Assembly: GCA_965116495.1 (NCBI GenBank)
Contig: OZ220696.1
Coordinates: forward strand, 2,048,001-2,112,000
Length of the DNA stretch: 64,000 bases
Source of the DNA: Gammaproteobacteria bacterium
Lineage (GTDB): Bacteria > Pseudomonadota > Gammaproteobacteria > Eutrophobiales > Eutrophobiaceae
Direction of reading: 5' to 3'
Below, piece by piece: positions 47,339 to 59,369 of this stretch. The notes under the pieces were generated by a model. The model had not been told where the DNA came from. It saw nothing but the letters and a program-made list of their open reading frames with translations, and did no database searches. The position numbers were made by a program, and so were the translations under genes. Within the stretch, counting starts at the first letter, position 1; every line of letters begins with the position of its first letter.

Positions 47339-47599
47339 ATGCAGGTTGAAGATATTACAAGATTGATCGAGGCCGGTGTGCCGGGCAGTGAGGTCGAGGT
47401 GGAGGGCGATGGTACGCACTTCACGGCAATCATCGTAAGCGATATATTTGCCGGTAAAAACATGGTCCAGCAGCATCAGGTAGTCTACAAGGCACTGGGT
47501 GACAAAATGGGAACAGACATCCATGCGCTCTCCATACAGACCTACACACCGGAACAATGGAAGAAAAAGAGCTCACTTCGGGTCATATCTGCTACCTGA
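47339..47599 (+). CDS. BolA/IbaG family protein
   Basis: GDGTHF and IHALSI.T.TP motifs; upstream of murA. Confidence 0.92.
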   Translation: MQVEDITRLIEAGVPGSEVEVEGDGTHFTAIIVSDIFAGKNMVQQHQVVYKALGDKMGTDIHALSIQTYTPEQWKKKSSLRVISAT

Positions 47600-48874
<1,275 letters not shown>

Positions 48875-48898
48875 ACCAACATTTCTGGGGTAATATAT

Positions 48899-48967
48899 GG
48901 GGTCAGAGTAAAATTCGTCGAGATTCAGGATTTAACCACTGTATCGAAATAATTTTACTCTGACCCC
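48899..48967. repeat. GGGGTCAGAGTAAAATT inverted pair
   Basis: 17-bp perfect inverted repeat between murA and hisG. Confidence 0.85.
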
Positions 48968-48991
48968 GGAAATTTCTGATCCCAAACTTTC

Positions 48992-49624
48992 ATGAATGAC
49001 GGAATCACCATCGCAATCTCCAAGGGGCGGATTCTTGCAGAATCCCTGCCCTTGCTTGCGCGCGCCGATATCCGGCCCCTGGATGATCCCGGCACTACCC
49101 GCAAACTCATTTTTGAGACCAACCATTCCGGGGTACGGCTGATTGTCATCCGCGCGGCTGACGTGCCCACCTACGTGTTGAACGGCGGCGCCGATCTCGG
49201 TATCGCCGGGAAGGACGTGTTGATGGAAAGTGACAGCGATAACCTGTACGAGCCGTTGGATCTGGATATCGCTCGCTGCAGCCTGATGCTGGCCGGACCG
49301 CAAGACGTATCGGAGATGACGGGCCGCTTGCGCATTGCTACGAAATACGTTACGACAACCCGGAACTTTTTTGCCGAAAGAGGCCAGCAGGTGGAAATCA
49401 TCAAGTTATACGGCTCTATGGAGCTGGCGCCCGTACTGGGATTGTCCGACCTGATAGTCGACCTGGTAAACAGCGGCAATACTCTGAAACAGAACGGTCT
49501 GGTTCCACTGGAGAAGATAGCGGATATCAGTTCCCGCCTCATCGTCAACAAGGCAGCCATGAAAATGAAACAGGAGATGATTAAACCTCTTGTTACGCGC
49601 CTGGCCGGGGTCATCTCCCAGTGA
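48992..49624 (+). CDS. hisG: ATP phosphoribosyltransferase, short form
   Basis: KGR, DVPTYV, ATKY and GSMELAP motifs; 210 aa (HisZ-dependent type). Confidence 0.95.
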   Translation: MNDGITIAISKGRILAESLPLLARADIRPLDDPGTTRKLIFETNHSGVRLIVIRAADVPTYVLNGGADLGIAGKDVLMESDSDNLYEPLDLDIARCSLMLAGPQDVSEMTGRLRIATKYVTTTRNFFAERGQQVEIIKLYGSMELAPVLGLSDLIVDLVNSGNTLKQNGLVPLEKIADISSRLIVNKAAMKMKQEMIKPLVTRLAGVISQ

Positions 49625-50922
49625 TACGTATCACCAGACTGACCGGTTCCGATGCGCAGTTTGAACACCATTTTGCGCAACTGCTCGGCGGCAACGAAAC
49701 CCTGGACCCGGAATTGACCGCGACCGTCTCGAGCATACTGAAAGACGTCAGGGACAACGGTGTTACTGCCCTGGTGGAATACACCAACCGGTTTGACCAT
49801 CGTTCCATTGGCAACGATGACCTGGAAGTGGCAAAAACGGCTTTGCAACAGGCCCTGCCGGCCATACCGGCAGACCTGTGCCAGGCGCTGGAGCACGCCG
49901 CCGCGCGTATACGTGAGTATCACCAGCATCAAAAAGGCCGGTCATGGAGTTACCGGGACCAGGACGGTTCGACCCTGGGACAGCGCATTACCCCCCTGGA
50001 CAGGGTAGGCATTTACGTTCCGGGCGGCAAGGCGGCTTATCCGTCATCGGTATTGATGAATGCCATACCGGCGCGAGTGGCAGGCGTCAGGGAAATCGTC
50101 ATGGTTGTACCTGCCGTAAACGACGAAATCAGCCCCGTCGTCCTGGCTGCCGCACAAGTGGCAGGGGTCGACCGGGTGTTTTCCATTGGCGGGGCGCAGG
50201 CTATCGCAGCCCTGGCCTATGGCGCAGGACCTGTCCCCGCGGTTGACAAGATCGTCGGGCCGGGGAACCGCTACGTCGCGGCCGCCAAACGGCTTGTTTT
50301 CGGCATTGTGGGGATAGATATGATCGCAGGCCCGTCCGAGGTGGTGATCGTTGCGGACGAGAGCGCCGACCCCGACTGGATCACCATGGATATGTTCGCC
50401 CAGGCAGAGCACGACGAGGATGCCAGGGCTATCCTGGTAACTGCCGACGCAAGTCTGCCGGACCGGGTCGAAGCCTCAATTAACCGGCAGATTACACAGA
50501 TGGAACGCGCCGGTATTATCCGCACTGCAATGGAAAACAACGGTGCGCTGATCCTGGCCGGGGATGTGGAACAGGCATGTGCTATCGTCAACCGGCTTGC
50601 GCCTGAGCACCTGGAACTCGCCGTACAGGATCCGGACAGGTACCTGGCAGGTATCAGGCATGCCGGCGCAATCTTCCTGGGACATTTTGCCGCAGAAGCC
50701 CTGGGAGATTACTGCGCAGGCCCGAATCACGTCCTGCCCACCAGCAGAACCGCCAGGTTCTCATCCCCGCTCGGGGTCTATGATTTCCAGAAACGTTCAT
50801 CGCTGATTGAATGCAGCGCGGCATCCGCCTCCCGGCTTGCAGAAACCGCAACGGTCCTGGCCCGCGCCGAAGGGCTGTCGGCCCACGCCCGCTCCGCAGG
50901 ACTGCGCATGAAAGAGAATTGA
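49621..50922 (+). CDS. hisD: Histidinol dehydrogenase
   Basis: [28 protein letters not shown] and GPNHVLPT motifs. Confidence 0.98.
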   Translation: MIRITRLTGSDAQFEHHFAQLLGGNETLDPELTATVSSILKDVRDNGVTALVEYTNRFDHRSIGNDDLEVAKTALQQALPAIPADLCQALEHAAARIREYHQHQKGRSWSYRDQDGSTLGQRITPLDRVGIYVPGGKAAYPSSVLMNAIPARVAGVREIVMVVPAVNDEISPVVLAAAQVAGVDRVFSIGGAQAIAALAYGAGPVPAVDKIVGPGNRYVAAAKRLVFGIVGIDMIAGPSEVVIVADESADPDWITMDMFAQAEHDEDARAILVTADASLPDRVEASINRQITQMERAGIIRTAMENNGALILAGDVEQACAIVNRLAPEHLELAVQDPDRYLAGIRHAGAIFLGHFAAEALGDYCAGPNHVLPTSRTARFSSPLGVYDFQKRSSLIECSAASASRLAETATVLARAEGLSAHARSAGLRMKEN

Positions 50923-50923
50923 A

Positions 50924-50957
50924 AAAGAGTCGCCTTTCAGGCGACACAGTATTGACT
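50924..50957. terminator. Hairpin repeat between convergent hisD and degS
   Basis: gtcgcct-ttc-aggcgac stem; near-identical inverted copy at 56937-56971. Confidence 0.6.
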
Positions 50958-50961
50958 CAAA

Positions 50962-52083
50962 TCACTGCATGAGGGCAGGCCGTTTCCCTACCCGCACGTT
51001 CAGCGTCTCTTTTTCCCAGCCGCGCAGGAGTTCCACTTCTATCATTGCGCCCGGTTTTACCTGGGAGATCAGGTTGATCGTGTATTGCGGGTTATGCAAC
51101 GGTTTGCCGTCGACCCTGGTCATGATATCGCCGGGCATGATGCCGGCCTGGTCGGCGGGGCCGCCGTTGAAAACGGCCGCGACCAGTATGCCGCTTTCAT
51201 CCAGGCCTGTCGCGTCGATGATATCCTGAGGAACAATCTGCGCCTCGATGCCGACCCAGCCGCGGATAACGTGACCGTATTCAATGATTTGCCGCATTAC
51301 ATCCAAGGCCAGGTTGGTCGGAATAGCCAGACCGATGCCCTGGGAACCGCCGCTGCTGGAAATAATGGCGGTGTTGATCCCGATCAATTCTCCCCGCGCG
51401 GAAACCAGCGCCCCGCCCGAGTTGCCCGGGTTGATATCGGCATCGGTCTGGATATAATTTTCGAATGTCGTAATGCCCACCCGGTTGCGCCCGGTGGCGC
51501 TGACGATACCCTGGGTGACCGTCTGGCCGAAATCATAAGGATTGCCTATAGCCAAGACGACGTCTCCGACCTTTACCCGGCCTGAATCGCTGGAAGGCGC
51601 GACGTGCAGGTCATCCAGTTCTGTTTTCAATACGGCCAGGTCGGTCTCCGCGTCGATACCCACGACCTGCGCGGGCGCCTGGCGGCCGTCGTGCAGGGTG
51701 ACGAGAATCTCATCGGCCTTGTTGATGACGTGGGCATTGGTAAGCAGGTAACCCTGCCGGTCCATAATCACCCCGGAACCCAGATTGCTGTTGCGCCGCT
51801 CAGCCGGAACCGGAGAGCCGAAAAAACGGCGGAACAAGGGGTCGTGGAACAGGGGATGAACCGTTCTCCGTTCGATCTGTGTGGCATAGACGTTCACCAC
51901 TGCCGGCGCCACCGCGGCCACCGCCTCACTGTAGGAAACAACACCCTCCCGGCCGCGCAGGATGCCATTGCCGTCCTGGGCCGAATACAGGCCGGGGAAC
52001 AAATACAGCAGGATGAACGCGGCGGCCAGGCCGGCAACAGCGGACCGGACAAAAAATTTCAAATGATTACCCACAGATGACAC
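50962..52083 (-). CDS. degS: HtrA-family serine protease with single PDZ domain (DegS/AlgW-like)
   Basis: N-terminal anchor; TNAH, DLAVL and NPGNSGG motifs; one PDZ domain. Confidence 0.85.
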   Translation of the reverse strand: MSSVGNHLKFFVRSAVAGLAAAFILLYLFPGLYSAQDGNGILRGREGVVSYSEAVAAVAPAVVNVYATQIERRTVHPLFHDPLFRRFFGSPVPAERRNSNLGSGVIMDRQGYLLTNAHVINKADEILVTLHDGRQAPAQVVGIDAETDLAVLKTELDDLHVAPSSDSGRVKVGDVVLAIGNPYDFGQTVTQGIVSATGRNRVGITTFENYIQTDADINPGNSGGALVSARGELIGINTAIISSSGGSQGIGLAIPTNLALDVMRQIIEYGHVIRGWVGIEAQIVPQDIIDATGLDESGILVAAVFNGGPADQAGIMPGDIMTRVDGKPLHNPQYTINLISQVKPGAMIEVELLRGWEKETLNVRVGKRPALMQ

Positions 52084-52285
52084 AGATTAACACAGATTAT
52101 TAAGTAAGATTCAGGGTGGAAACTCATCTACCATTCTTGCACACATCTACCATTCCTACGCAAGCAAGAATCCAGTAAAAATAACACTTCATTATTTTTA
52201 GGATAATCTCTTGTTATCTACTGGCCTCCCATCCCCATTTATAATACTCACCTGTGCTAACCTGTGTCATCTGTGGATTATCTGG

Positions 52286-52436
52286 GGAAGCTCTGATCAA
52301 GTCCGTCCAGGACTTGTCAGAGCAAGGGAAACAAAAATGCGATTTTTGTTTCCCTTGCAAAATCAATGACATACTATCATTGATTTTGACGGTACATCCA
52401 TGTACCGTAGGAACCTCTGTTTTTGTCAGAGGTTCC
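52286..52436. mobile_element. MITE-like element of five consecutive hairpins
   Basis: Ends GGAAGCTCTGA / TCAGAGGTTCC; five abutting stems read directly. Confidence 0.7.
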
Positions 52437-52446
52437 TTAGTTTGAA

Positions 52447-53400
52447 ATGCGACAGGAGAACTTTACGCTTATCGTGCCGGAACAGCATGCCGGTAAACGC
52501 CTCGACCAGGTGTTGGCCTTGTTATGCCCGCAGCATTCCCGCGCCCGTTTACAGGCATGGATAAGAGACGGTTTTGTCAGCGTGGACGGCGCTTCTCTGA
52601 GACAGAAGGATACCGTCGACACCGGCCAGTCGATCAAGGTCAGGGCACAGCTTGACAACCAAAATGAAAAATGGACTGGGCAGGAAATCCCCATAGATGT
52701 CATCTACGAGGATGAGGCCATTCTTGTCATCAACAAAGCGCCCGGCATCGTCGTTCACCCGGGCGCAGGCAACCCGGATGGCACCCTGGTCAATGCCTTG
52801 CTGCACTACTGCCCCGAACTGGCGCAGGTCCCGAGAGCGGGGATAGTTCAACGCCTGGATAAGGAAACCTCAGGGATCATGGTGGTCGCGAAAACACTGG
52901 AAGCCCATACGAGGCTGGTTATGGATTTGCAGGACAGGAATATCACAAGGGAATACCGGGCCGTCGTGCACGGGCATTTAATCAGCGGCGGCACCATAAA
53001 CGCCGCCATAGGCAGACACCCCACACTGCGAACCCGGATGGCCGTCACCGACAGGGGTAAAAGCGCAACGACTCATTATCGGATCGTCAGGAAATATCCC
53101 ATCTGCACGGACCTTAAATTAAGGCTTGAGACAGGGCGCACCCACCAGATTCGGGTGCACCTGGCGCACTTGGGCCATCCTGTTATCGGCGACCCTGTTT
53201 ATGGCGGAAGGAAGCGCTTTCCCAAAAACGTATCGGTAACACTCAGGGAGAAGGTTGCCTCATTCCCCAGACAGGCACTGCATGCGGTCCGGCTGGAGTT
53301 GCTTCATCCGTCGAATAATGAACAGTGCGCGTGGTCGGCGCCGCTGGCCGCAGATATTGAAGAATTGCTGGCCGCCATCAGGCATGAGGCAGATGAATAA
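52447..53400 (+). CDS. rluD: 23S rRNA pseudouridine synthase RluD
   Basis: S4 domain; RAGIVQRLDKETSG and LETGRTHQIRVH motifs. Confidence 0.96.
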   Translation: MRQENFTLIVPEQHAGKRLDQVLALLCPQHSRARLQAWIRDGFVSVDGASLRQKDTVDTGQSIKVRAQLDNQNEKWTGQEIPIDVIYEDEAILVINKAPGIVVHPGAGNPDGTLVNALLHYCPELAQVPRAGIVQRLDKETSGIMVVAKTLEAHTRLVMDLQDRNITREYRAVVHGHLISGGTINAAIGRHPTLRTRMAVTDRGKSATTHYRIVRKYPICTDLKLRLETGRTHQIRVHLAHLGHPVIGDPVYGGRKRFPKNVSVTLREKVASFPRQALHAVRLELLHPSNNEQCAWSAPLAADIEELLAAIRHEADE

Positions 53401-54211
53401 GGTCTGGATGCCTGCAGACTGGCCGGCGCCCGTACACATTCACGCTGGAACGACCACACGTCTGCCTGGCGTCAGCCGCCCGCCGTTCGACAGCTTTAAT
53501 CTTGCCGGCCATGTAGGTGATGACCCGCAGGCCGTTGCGAAAAATCGCTTGCTTTTACAAAGTCAACTAAACCTGCCGGCTGCGCCAGGCTGGCTGCGGC
53601 AACGTCACAGCGGCAGGGTTGTCGAACTGAATCCAGGTGAGCCCGCAGAGGCGGACGGCGCATATACCCGTGAGACCGGCAGGGTTTGCGCGGTGCTGAC
53701 GGCCGATTGTATCCCCTTGTTGCTGTGTAATAGAACCGGCACTGAAATTGCCGCGCTGCATATAGGCTGGCGTGGTCTGAGCAAGGGGATCATAAAAAAC
53801 GCCCTCGCGATGTTTAACGCCAATCCTCGTGAACTGTTGGCCTGGCTGGGGCCCTGTATCAGCCAGAGGAACTACGAAGTTGGCGCAGACGTTATCAGCG
53901 CCTGCCTGGGAGAAAAGGGGACAGATTTATTTTTGGGAGGTAACGGGGACAGATTTGAAATCTGTCCCCAGTTGGAGCCGGGAGAAAGTAAATCTCTCCC
54001 TTTTTCTCAGGCGATCTCTCAGAGCCGTACAAATCACTGGTTCCTGGACCTTGGACAACTGGTAAAAACTGAGTTGCTGCAACTGGGTGTTGAAGACGTT
54101 TATGGATGCAACCTGTGTACCTGTGCCAGGAGAGAACTGTTTTATTCCTATCGCAGGGACGGCGTTACCGGGCGCACGGCAAGCATGATCTGGATGGATA
54201 GTGAAAAATAA
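53393..54211 (+). CDS. pgeF: PgeF/YfiH, with in-frame repeat insertion
   Basis: Q.HS, TADC.P, H.GWRG and YSYRR motifs; rluD-pgeF-clpB order. Confidence 0.93.
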   Translation: MNKVWMPADWPAPVHIHAGTTTRLPGVSRPPFDSFNLAGHVGDDPQAVAKNRLLLQSQLNLPAAPGWLRQRHSGRVVELNPGEPAEADGAYTRETGRVCAVLTADCIPLLLCNRTGTEIAALHIGWRGLSKGIIKNALAMFNANPRELLAWLGPCISQRNYEVGADVISACLGEKGTDLFLGGNGDRFEICPQLEPGESKSLPFSQAISQSRTNHWFLDLGQLVKTELLQLGVEDVYGCNLCTCARRELFYSYRRDGVTGRTASMIWMDSEK

Positions 54212-54307
54212 TATCTTTTAATCCCCTTTCCTGTCTGTACGACCTTGAATCAAGTCGGGATGCCCATATTTAAGTGTTATTACTGATTATATTTAAGGAT
54301 TCAACTG

Positions 54308-56905
54308 ATGCGTACCGATCGATTAACCAGCAAGTTTCAGCAGGCCCTGGGAGATGCCCAGAGCCTGGCGCTCGGGCGCGATAACCAGTTCATTGAACCG
54401 GCGCACGTGATGAGCGCGCTGCTGGATCAGGAAGGCGGTTCGACCACCCACCTGCTCGCCCTCGCAGGGGTCAATGTTGAACGCCTGCATAAGGGGATAA
54501 CTCTGGCCATGGAGAACCTGCCCCGCGTCCAGGGTCATAACGGTGAAATATACGTGTCCAAAGACCTGGACAGGCTGTTCAACCTGACTGACAAATTTGC
54601 ACAGGACCGCAAGGATCAATACATCTCCAGCGAATTGTTCTCCCTGGCTGCTGCGGATGACAAATCAGCGCTGGGGAAACTCATGAGAGAGTGCGGCGCC
54701 GAGAAACGCAAGATAGAGATGGCAATAGACAAGATCCGCGGCGGAGAAAACGTGAATGACCCGAACAGTGAAGACAACCGTGGCGCGCTGGATAAATTTA
54801 CCATTGATTTAACCGGGCAGGCCAACCAGGGGAAACTGGATCCGGTCATCGGCCGGGATGAGGAGATTCGCCGCACTATCCAGGTCCTGCAGCGGCGGAC
54901 GAAAAACAACCCCGTGTTGATCGGGGAACCGGGTGTGGGCAAAACGGCCATCGTCGAGGGCCTGGCGCAACGGATTGTCAACGGCGAAGTCCCGGACTCC
55001 CTGAAAGGCAAGAAATTGCTGTCCCTGGACATGGGTTCACTTATCGCCGGAGCGAAGTTTCGCGGCGAATTCGAAGAACGGCTCAAGGCGGTATTGAACG
55101 ACCTCAACAAGCGGCAAGGCCGTATCATCCTGTTCATTGATGAGGTGCATACCATGGTCGGCGCCGGTAAGGCGGAAGGGTCGATGGATGCCGGCAATAT
55201 GTTGAAACCCGCCCTGGCAAGGGGCGAGTTGCACTGTATCGGCGCCACGACTCTGGACGAATACCGGGAAAATATCGAAAAGGACGCGGCGCTGGAACGG
55301 CGCTTTCAGAAAGTATACATAGACGAACCGGATGTGGACGACACCATTGCCATCCTGCGCGGCCTGAAAGAACGCTATGAAGTACATCACAACGTACAGA
55401 TCACCGATCCGGCAATCATATCCGCCGCCACGCTGGGGCAACGTTATATCACTGACAGGCAACTGCCCGACAAGGCCATCGACCTGATCGATGAGGCAGC
55501 CAGCCGTATCAGCATCGAGATCGACTCCAAGCCGGAGGCAATGGACCGCCTCGAGAGGCGTCTCATCCAGATGAAGATCGAGCGCGAAGCCTTGAAGAAG
55601 GAAACGGACGAGGCATCAAAACAACGTCTGGCGGATCTTGAAAACGAGATAAAACAGGTTGAACTGGAATTTGCCGATCTTGAAGAGATCTGGAAATCCG
55701 AAAAAGCGGCGTTACAGGGCTCGCACGATTTAAAGGAACGGCTGGAACAGGCGCGCCTGGAATTTGAAGCAGCACAAAGGGCCGCTGATCTTAACCGCAT
55801 GTCGGAATTGCAATACGGCATCATTCCCGATCTTGAAAGGCAACTCGAAGATGCCGACCGAACCGAAACCAAGCCGATGCAGTTGTTGCGCAACAAGGTA
55901 ACTGAAAACGAGATCGCTGAAGTGGTATCCATGTGGACGGGGATTCCGGTCACCAGGATGCTGCAGGGGGAGAAAGACAAGCTGTTGCAGATGGAAGAGG
56001 CATTACGGCGCCGGGTCGTCGGCCAGGATGAGGCAATCGTTACTGTCGCGGATGCCATCCGCCGCGCCCGCGCCGGTCTGTCCGACCCTGACAGGCCCAA
56101 CGGCTCCTTTCTTTTCCTCGGCCCTACCGGTGTGGGCAAAACTGAGTTGTGCAAGTCCCTGGCTGATTTCCTGTTCGACAGCGAAAACGCCATCGTCCGC
56201 ATCGATATGTCGGAATACATGGAAAAACACGCGGTGTCCCGCTTAATCGGCGCACCGCCAGGTTACATCGGATACGACGAGGGCGGCCAACTGACCGAAC
56301 AGGTCCGGCGCAGACCCTATAGCCTGGTCTTGTTGGACGAGGTGGAAAAAGCCCATCCTGACGTTTTCAACGTGCTGTTGCAGGTACTGGATGACGGCCG
56401 CCTCACGGACGGCCAGGGCAGGACTGTTGACTTTCGCAATACTGTTATTATTATGACATCGAACCTGGGTTCGGACCGGATTCGTGAAATGTCCGATGAC
56501 GCGGACTATGAAACCATGAAATCGACCGTACTGGAGATCGTATCCGCTTATTTCCGGCCTGAATTCCTCAACCGTATTGATGACCTGGTGGTGTTTCACG
56601 CGTTGAAGCGCGCACAACTCAACGCCATCGCCGGGATCCAGGTCGGCAGGCTGAAACAGCGTCTGGCCGAACAGGGCATTACCATCTCCATCTCGGACAA
56701 GGCAAAAGAGACTTTGGCCAATATCGGGTTTGATCCGGTCTACGGTGCACGCCCCCTGAAACGGGCTGTACAGACGCACCTGGAAACTCCCCTGGCTAAA
56801 CAACTGCTGGCGGGGAAATTTCACAGCACGGACAACATTTACGTGGATGCCGAAGCCTGCCCCCGCGAAGGCGGGGGACAAGTCCTGACTTTCTCCGGTA
56901 AGTAA
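54308..56905 (+). CDS. clpB: Chaperone ClpB
   Basis: Two AAA modules ([16 protein letters not shown]) and coiled-coil M domain. Confidence 0.98.
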   Translation: MRTDRLTSKFQQALGDAQSLALGRDNQFIEPAHVMSALLDQEGGSTTHLLALAGVNVERLHKGITLAMENLPRVQGHNGEIYVSKDLDRLFNLTDKFAQDRKDQYISSELFSLAAADDKSALGKLMRECGAEKRKIEMAIDKIRGGENVNDPNSEDNRGALDKFTIDLTGQANQGKLDPVIGRDEEIRRTIQVLQRRTKNNPVLIGEPGVGKTAIVEGLAQRIVNGEVPDSLKGKKLLSLDMGSLIAGAKFRGEFEERLKAVLNDLNKRQGRIILFIDEVHTMVGAGKAEGSMDAGNMLKPALARGELHCIGATTLDEYRENIEKDAALERRFQKVYIDEPDVDDTIAILRGLKERYEVHHNVQITDPAIISAATLGQRYITDRQLPDKAIDLIDEAASRISIEIDSKPEAMDRLERRLIQMKIEREALKKETDEASKQRLADLENEIKQVELEFADLEEIWKSEKAALQGSHDLKERLEQARLEFEAAQRAADLNRMSELQYGIIPDLERQLEDADRTETKPMQLLRNKVTENEIAEVVSMWTGIPVTRMLQGEKDKLLQMEEALRRRVVGQDEAIVTVADAIRRARAGLSDPDRPNGSFLFLGPTGVGKTELCKSLADFLFDSENAIVRIDMSEYMEKHAVSRLIGAPPGYIGYDEGGQLTEQVRRRPYSLVLLDEVEKAHPDVFNVLLQVLDDGRLTDGQGRTVDFRNTVIIMTSNLGSDRIREMSDDADYETMKSTVLEIVSAYFRPEFLNRIDDLVVFHALKRAQLNAIAGIQVGRLKQRLAEQGITISISDKAKETLANIGFDPVYGARPLKRAVQTHLETPLAKQLLAGKFHSTDNIYVDAEACPREGGGQVLTFSGK

Positions 56906-56910
56906 TGCCA

Positions 56911-57045
56911 TACCACTCCCACGAAAGTGGGAGTCCAGTCAAATACTGTGTCGCCTGAAAGGCGACTCTTTGTCTACTGGATTCCCGTTTTCACGGGAAT
57001 GGCGCCGGAAGCGGTATTGACGGGGACAGATTTAAATCTGTCCCC
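56911..57045. repeat. Nested cluster of three repeat families after clpB
   Basis: REP-like pair 56911-57004 enclosing the gtcgcctgaaaggcgac hairpin, then a GGGGACAG palindrome at 57022-57045. Confidence 0.8.
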
Positions 57046-57086
57046 GTTTACGCGATACTGATGCTGTCCCCGATTTAGCGACATAG

Positions 57087-57962
57087 ATGAATACACTCCA
57101 GCAAATCCCCCTCCCCCTTTTTTATACCGTCAGCGCCTTGCTGGGCCTGCTTGTCGGGAGTTTCCTGAACGTGGTGATCCGGCGCCTGCCACGCATGATA
57201 GAAGCGGCCTGGCGGATGGAATGCCGCGAATTTGCCGGTATATCATCTGCTGAGGAACCGGGTCCGGAGCCGTATAACCTACTCAGACCCGGCTCCAAGT
57301 GCCCGCGATGCGGCCACAGGATCAGCGCATTGGAGAATATTCCACTACTGGGCTACCTCCTGCTCGGAGGGAGATGCGCCGGCTGCAATGGCACGATTTC
57401 GTTACGGTATCCTCTTGTCGAAACCCTGACTGCGGGCATGACGCTGTTTGTGGCAGTGAAATTCGGCGCCAGTGCCCAGACACTGTTTGCCTGTTTATTC
57501 ACCTGGGCGCTTATCTCGTTGACTTTCATCGATATTGACCGTCAACTGCTGCCCGACACAATCACCCTTCCTTTTCTATGGCTTGGTCTGCTCTGCAACT
57601 ATTTCGGTTTATTCACGGACTTGTACTCCAGCGTGATGGGCGCCGCGGCAGGTTACGGCATTTTCTGGCTTACCTACCAGATTTTCAAACTTGTTACCGG
57701 GAAGGAAGGCCTGGGGTTGGGAGATCTGAAGCTGCTTGCCATGCTGGGGGCATGGGCGGGATGGCAGGCATTGGCCTCGATAATTTTTCTCTCCTCCCTG
57801 CTCGGTTCCCTGGTCGGACTCTACCTGGTTTTATTTCGCCGCCGGCAAAGATCCGCGCCGATCCCTTTCGGGCCTTACCTGGCTGTGGCAGGATGGCTGA
57901 ACCTGGTGTGGGGATTGAACCTGTTTGATTATCTGTACCGGCAGGGAGAGCATGTGTTGTGA
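57087..57962 (+). CDS. pilD: Prepilin peptidase/N-methyltransferase
   Basis: GSFLNVVI.R, two CxxC, ID...LLPD, G.GD.KL and IPFGPYL motifs. Confidence 0.95.
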   Translation: MNTLQQIPLPLFYTVSALLGLLVGSFLNVVIRRLPRMIEAAWRMECREFAGISSAEEPGPEPYNLLRPGSKCPRCGHRISALENIPLLGYLLLGGRCAGCNGTISLRYPLVETLTAGMTLFVAVKFGASAQTLFACLFTWALISLTFIDIDRQLLPDTITLPFLWLGLLCNYFGLFTDLYSSVMGAAAGYGIFWLTYQIFKLVTGKEGLGLGDLKLLAMLGAWAGWQALASIIFLSSLLGSLVGLYLVLFRRRQRSAPIPFGPYLAVAGWLNLVWGLNLFDYLYRQGEHVL

Positions 57963-58576
57963 ACCACCCGATACGAGTCGGATTGACGGGGGGAATAGGC
58001 AGCGGCAAATCTTCGGTCAGGAGGTGTTTTGACGAGCTTGGAGTCCCCACAATCGATGCAGATGAGATTTCCCACAGGATTACCACACCCGGCCAGACGG
58101 CTTTCAATGAGGTGGTTGCCCTGTTCGGGAAAGAGAGTCTTGATAAAGCGGGCAACCTGAATAGGCAACGACTGCGCGAACTGATCTTTACCGAACCGGC
58201 GTTGAAGAAAAAACTGGAAGCCATCATCCACCCACGCGTGCGCGCAGAAATCCGTACATTCACGGATCGGGTGGATTATCCTTATTGCATTATCTGCATA
58301 CCCCTGTTGCTGGAAACGGGGGAACAGTCGGCAATGGACAGGGTACTGGTGGTCGACGCGCCTGAAGACTTGCAGGTAGAACGGGTCGCGCGCCGGGATA
58401 ATGCGAAAGACGACCAGACAAGGAGTATAATCATGGCTCAAATCAGCCGATCGGAAAGACTGCGATACGCGCATGATATTATTGTCAACGATGGTAGTAT
58501 TAACGAGTTGAAAATTCAGGTAGGGAAATTGCATAACAAATACGTCGAATTATCGGGTCGGAATAACACTCATTAA
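57959..58576 (+). CDS. coaE: Dephospho-CoA kinase
   Basis: GLTGGIGSGKS, IDAD and IPLL.E motifs. Confidence 0.96.
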   Translation: MNHPIRVGLTGGIGSGKSSVRRCFDELGVPTIDADEISHRITTPGQTAFNEVVALFGKESLDKAGNLNRQRLRELIFTEPALKKKLEAIIHPRVRAEIRTFTDRVDYPYCIICIPLLLETGEQSAMDRVLVVDAPEDLQVERVARRDNAKDDQTRSIIMAQISRSERLRYAHDIIVNDGSINELKIQVGKLHNKYVELSGRNNTH

Positions 58577-58598
58577 CTATAAACCTGACATAACTGCT

Positions 58599-59369
58599 AT
58601 GGAAAATCACCTGGTATATGAACAACCCGTGAATGAACGCATCAGGACCTTATTGAGGATTGAGAATTTATTCAACCGGTTAAATCATTATTCAGGGTCA
58701 CCGGACCTATGGGATATACGCCTGACCATCTCCCTGTTAATCGACTTGAATGATGTAGTGAAGTCGTCCGATATCAAAACCGAGTTGAGCAAGGAACTAG
58801 AGCGCTGCGGGTCGGTTTTACGCGCGCTGGAGGGCAAATCCGGGGTCGATACGTACAAGCTCAAGCAGGTCCTCGACGACATTAATGAATGTCTTGCGGC
58901 CACTCAGGATAATGACTACCGGCCTGGAGCGACACTGGATGCGGATGAGTTAATCAGCTCTATCAAACAAAGAAGCTCCCTGGCGGGAGGCGCTTGCAAT
59001 TTTGACCTGCCCGCTTATCACCACTGGTTGAACAAGTCTGCGCGCGCCCGGCAGCAGCGCCTGCGCGAGTGGTTGGAAGACATGTTAATTATCCAGAAGA
59101 GCGCTGACCTCGTGCTGAGTTTGATCAGGAGTAACGCCAACCCGACAAAAGAAATTGCCAAGGCGGGATTTTTTCAGCAATCCATCGAGACAGGCATCAC
59201 CTACCAGTTGATCAGGATCATCGTTCCCCGGAACCTGAAAAGTTTCCCTGAAATCAGTGGCGGCAAACATCGTGTCACAGTCCGGTTCATGGAGCAGGAC
59301 GAGACTGTAAACCGGCCGGCACAAATTGAGGATGACGTGGAATTCGAACTGCATTACTGTGTTTCATAA
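58599..59369 (+). CDS. zapD: Cell division protein ZapD
   Basis: YEQPVNERIRTLLRIE, C.FDLP and PEISG motifs; follows coaE. Confidence 0.93.
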   Translation: MENHLVYEQPVNERIRTLLRIENLFNRLNHYSGSPDLWDIRLTISLLIDLNDVVKSSDIKTELSKELERCGSVLRALEGKSGVDTYKLKQVLDDINECLAATQDNDYRPGATLDADELISSIKQRSSLAGGACNFDLPAYHHWLNKSARARQQRLREWLEDMLIIQKSADLVLSLIRSNANPTKEIAKAGFFQQSIETGITYQLIRIIVPRNLKSFPEISGGKHRVTVRFMEQDETVNRPAQIEDDVEFELHYCVS

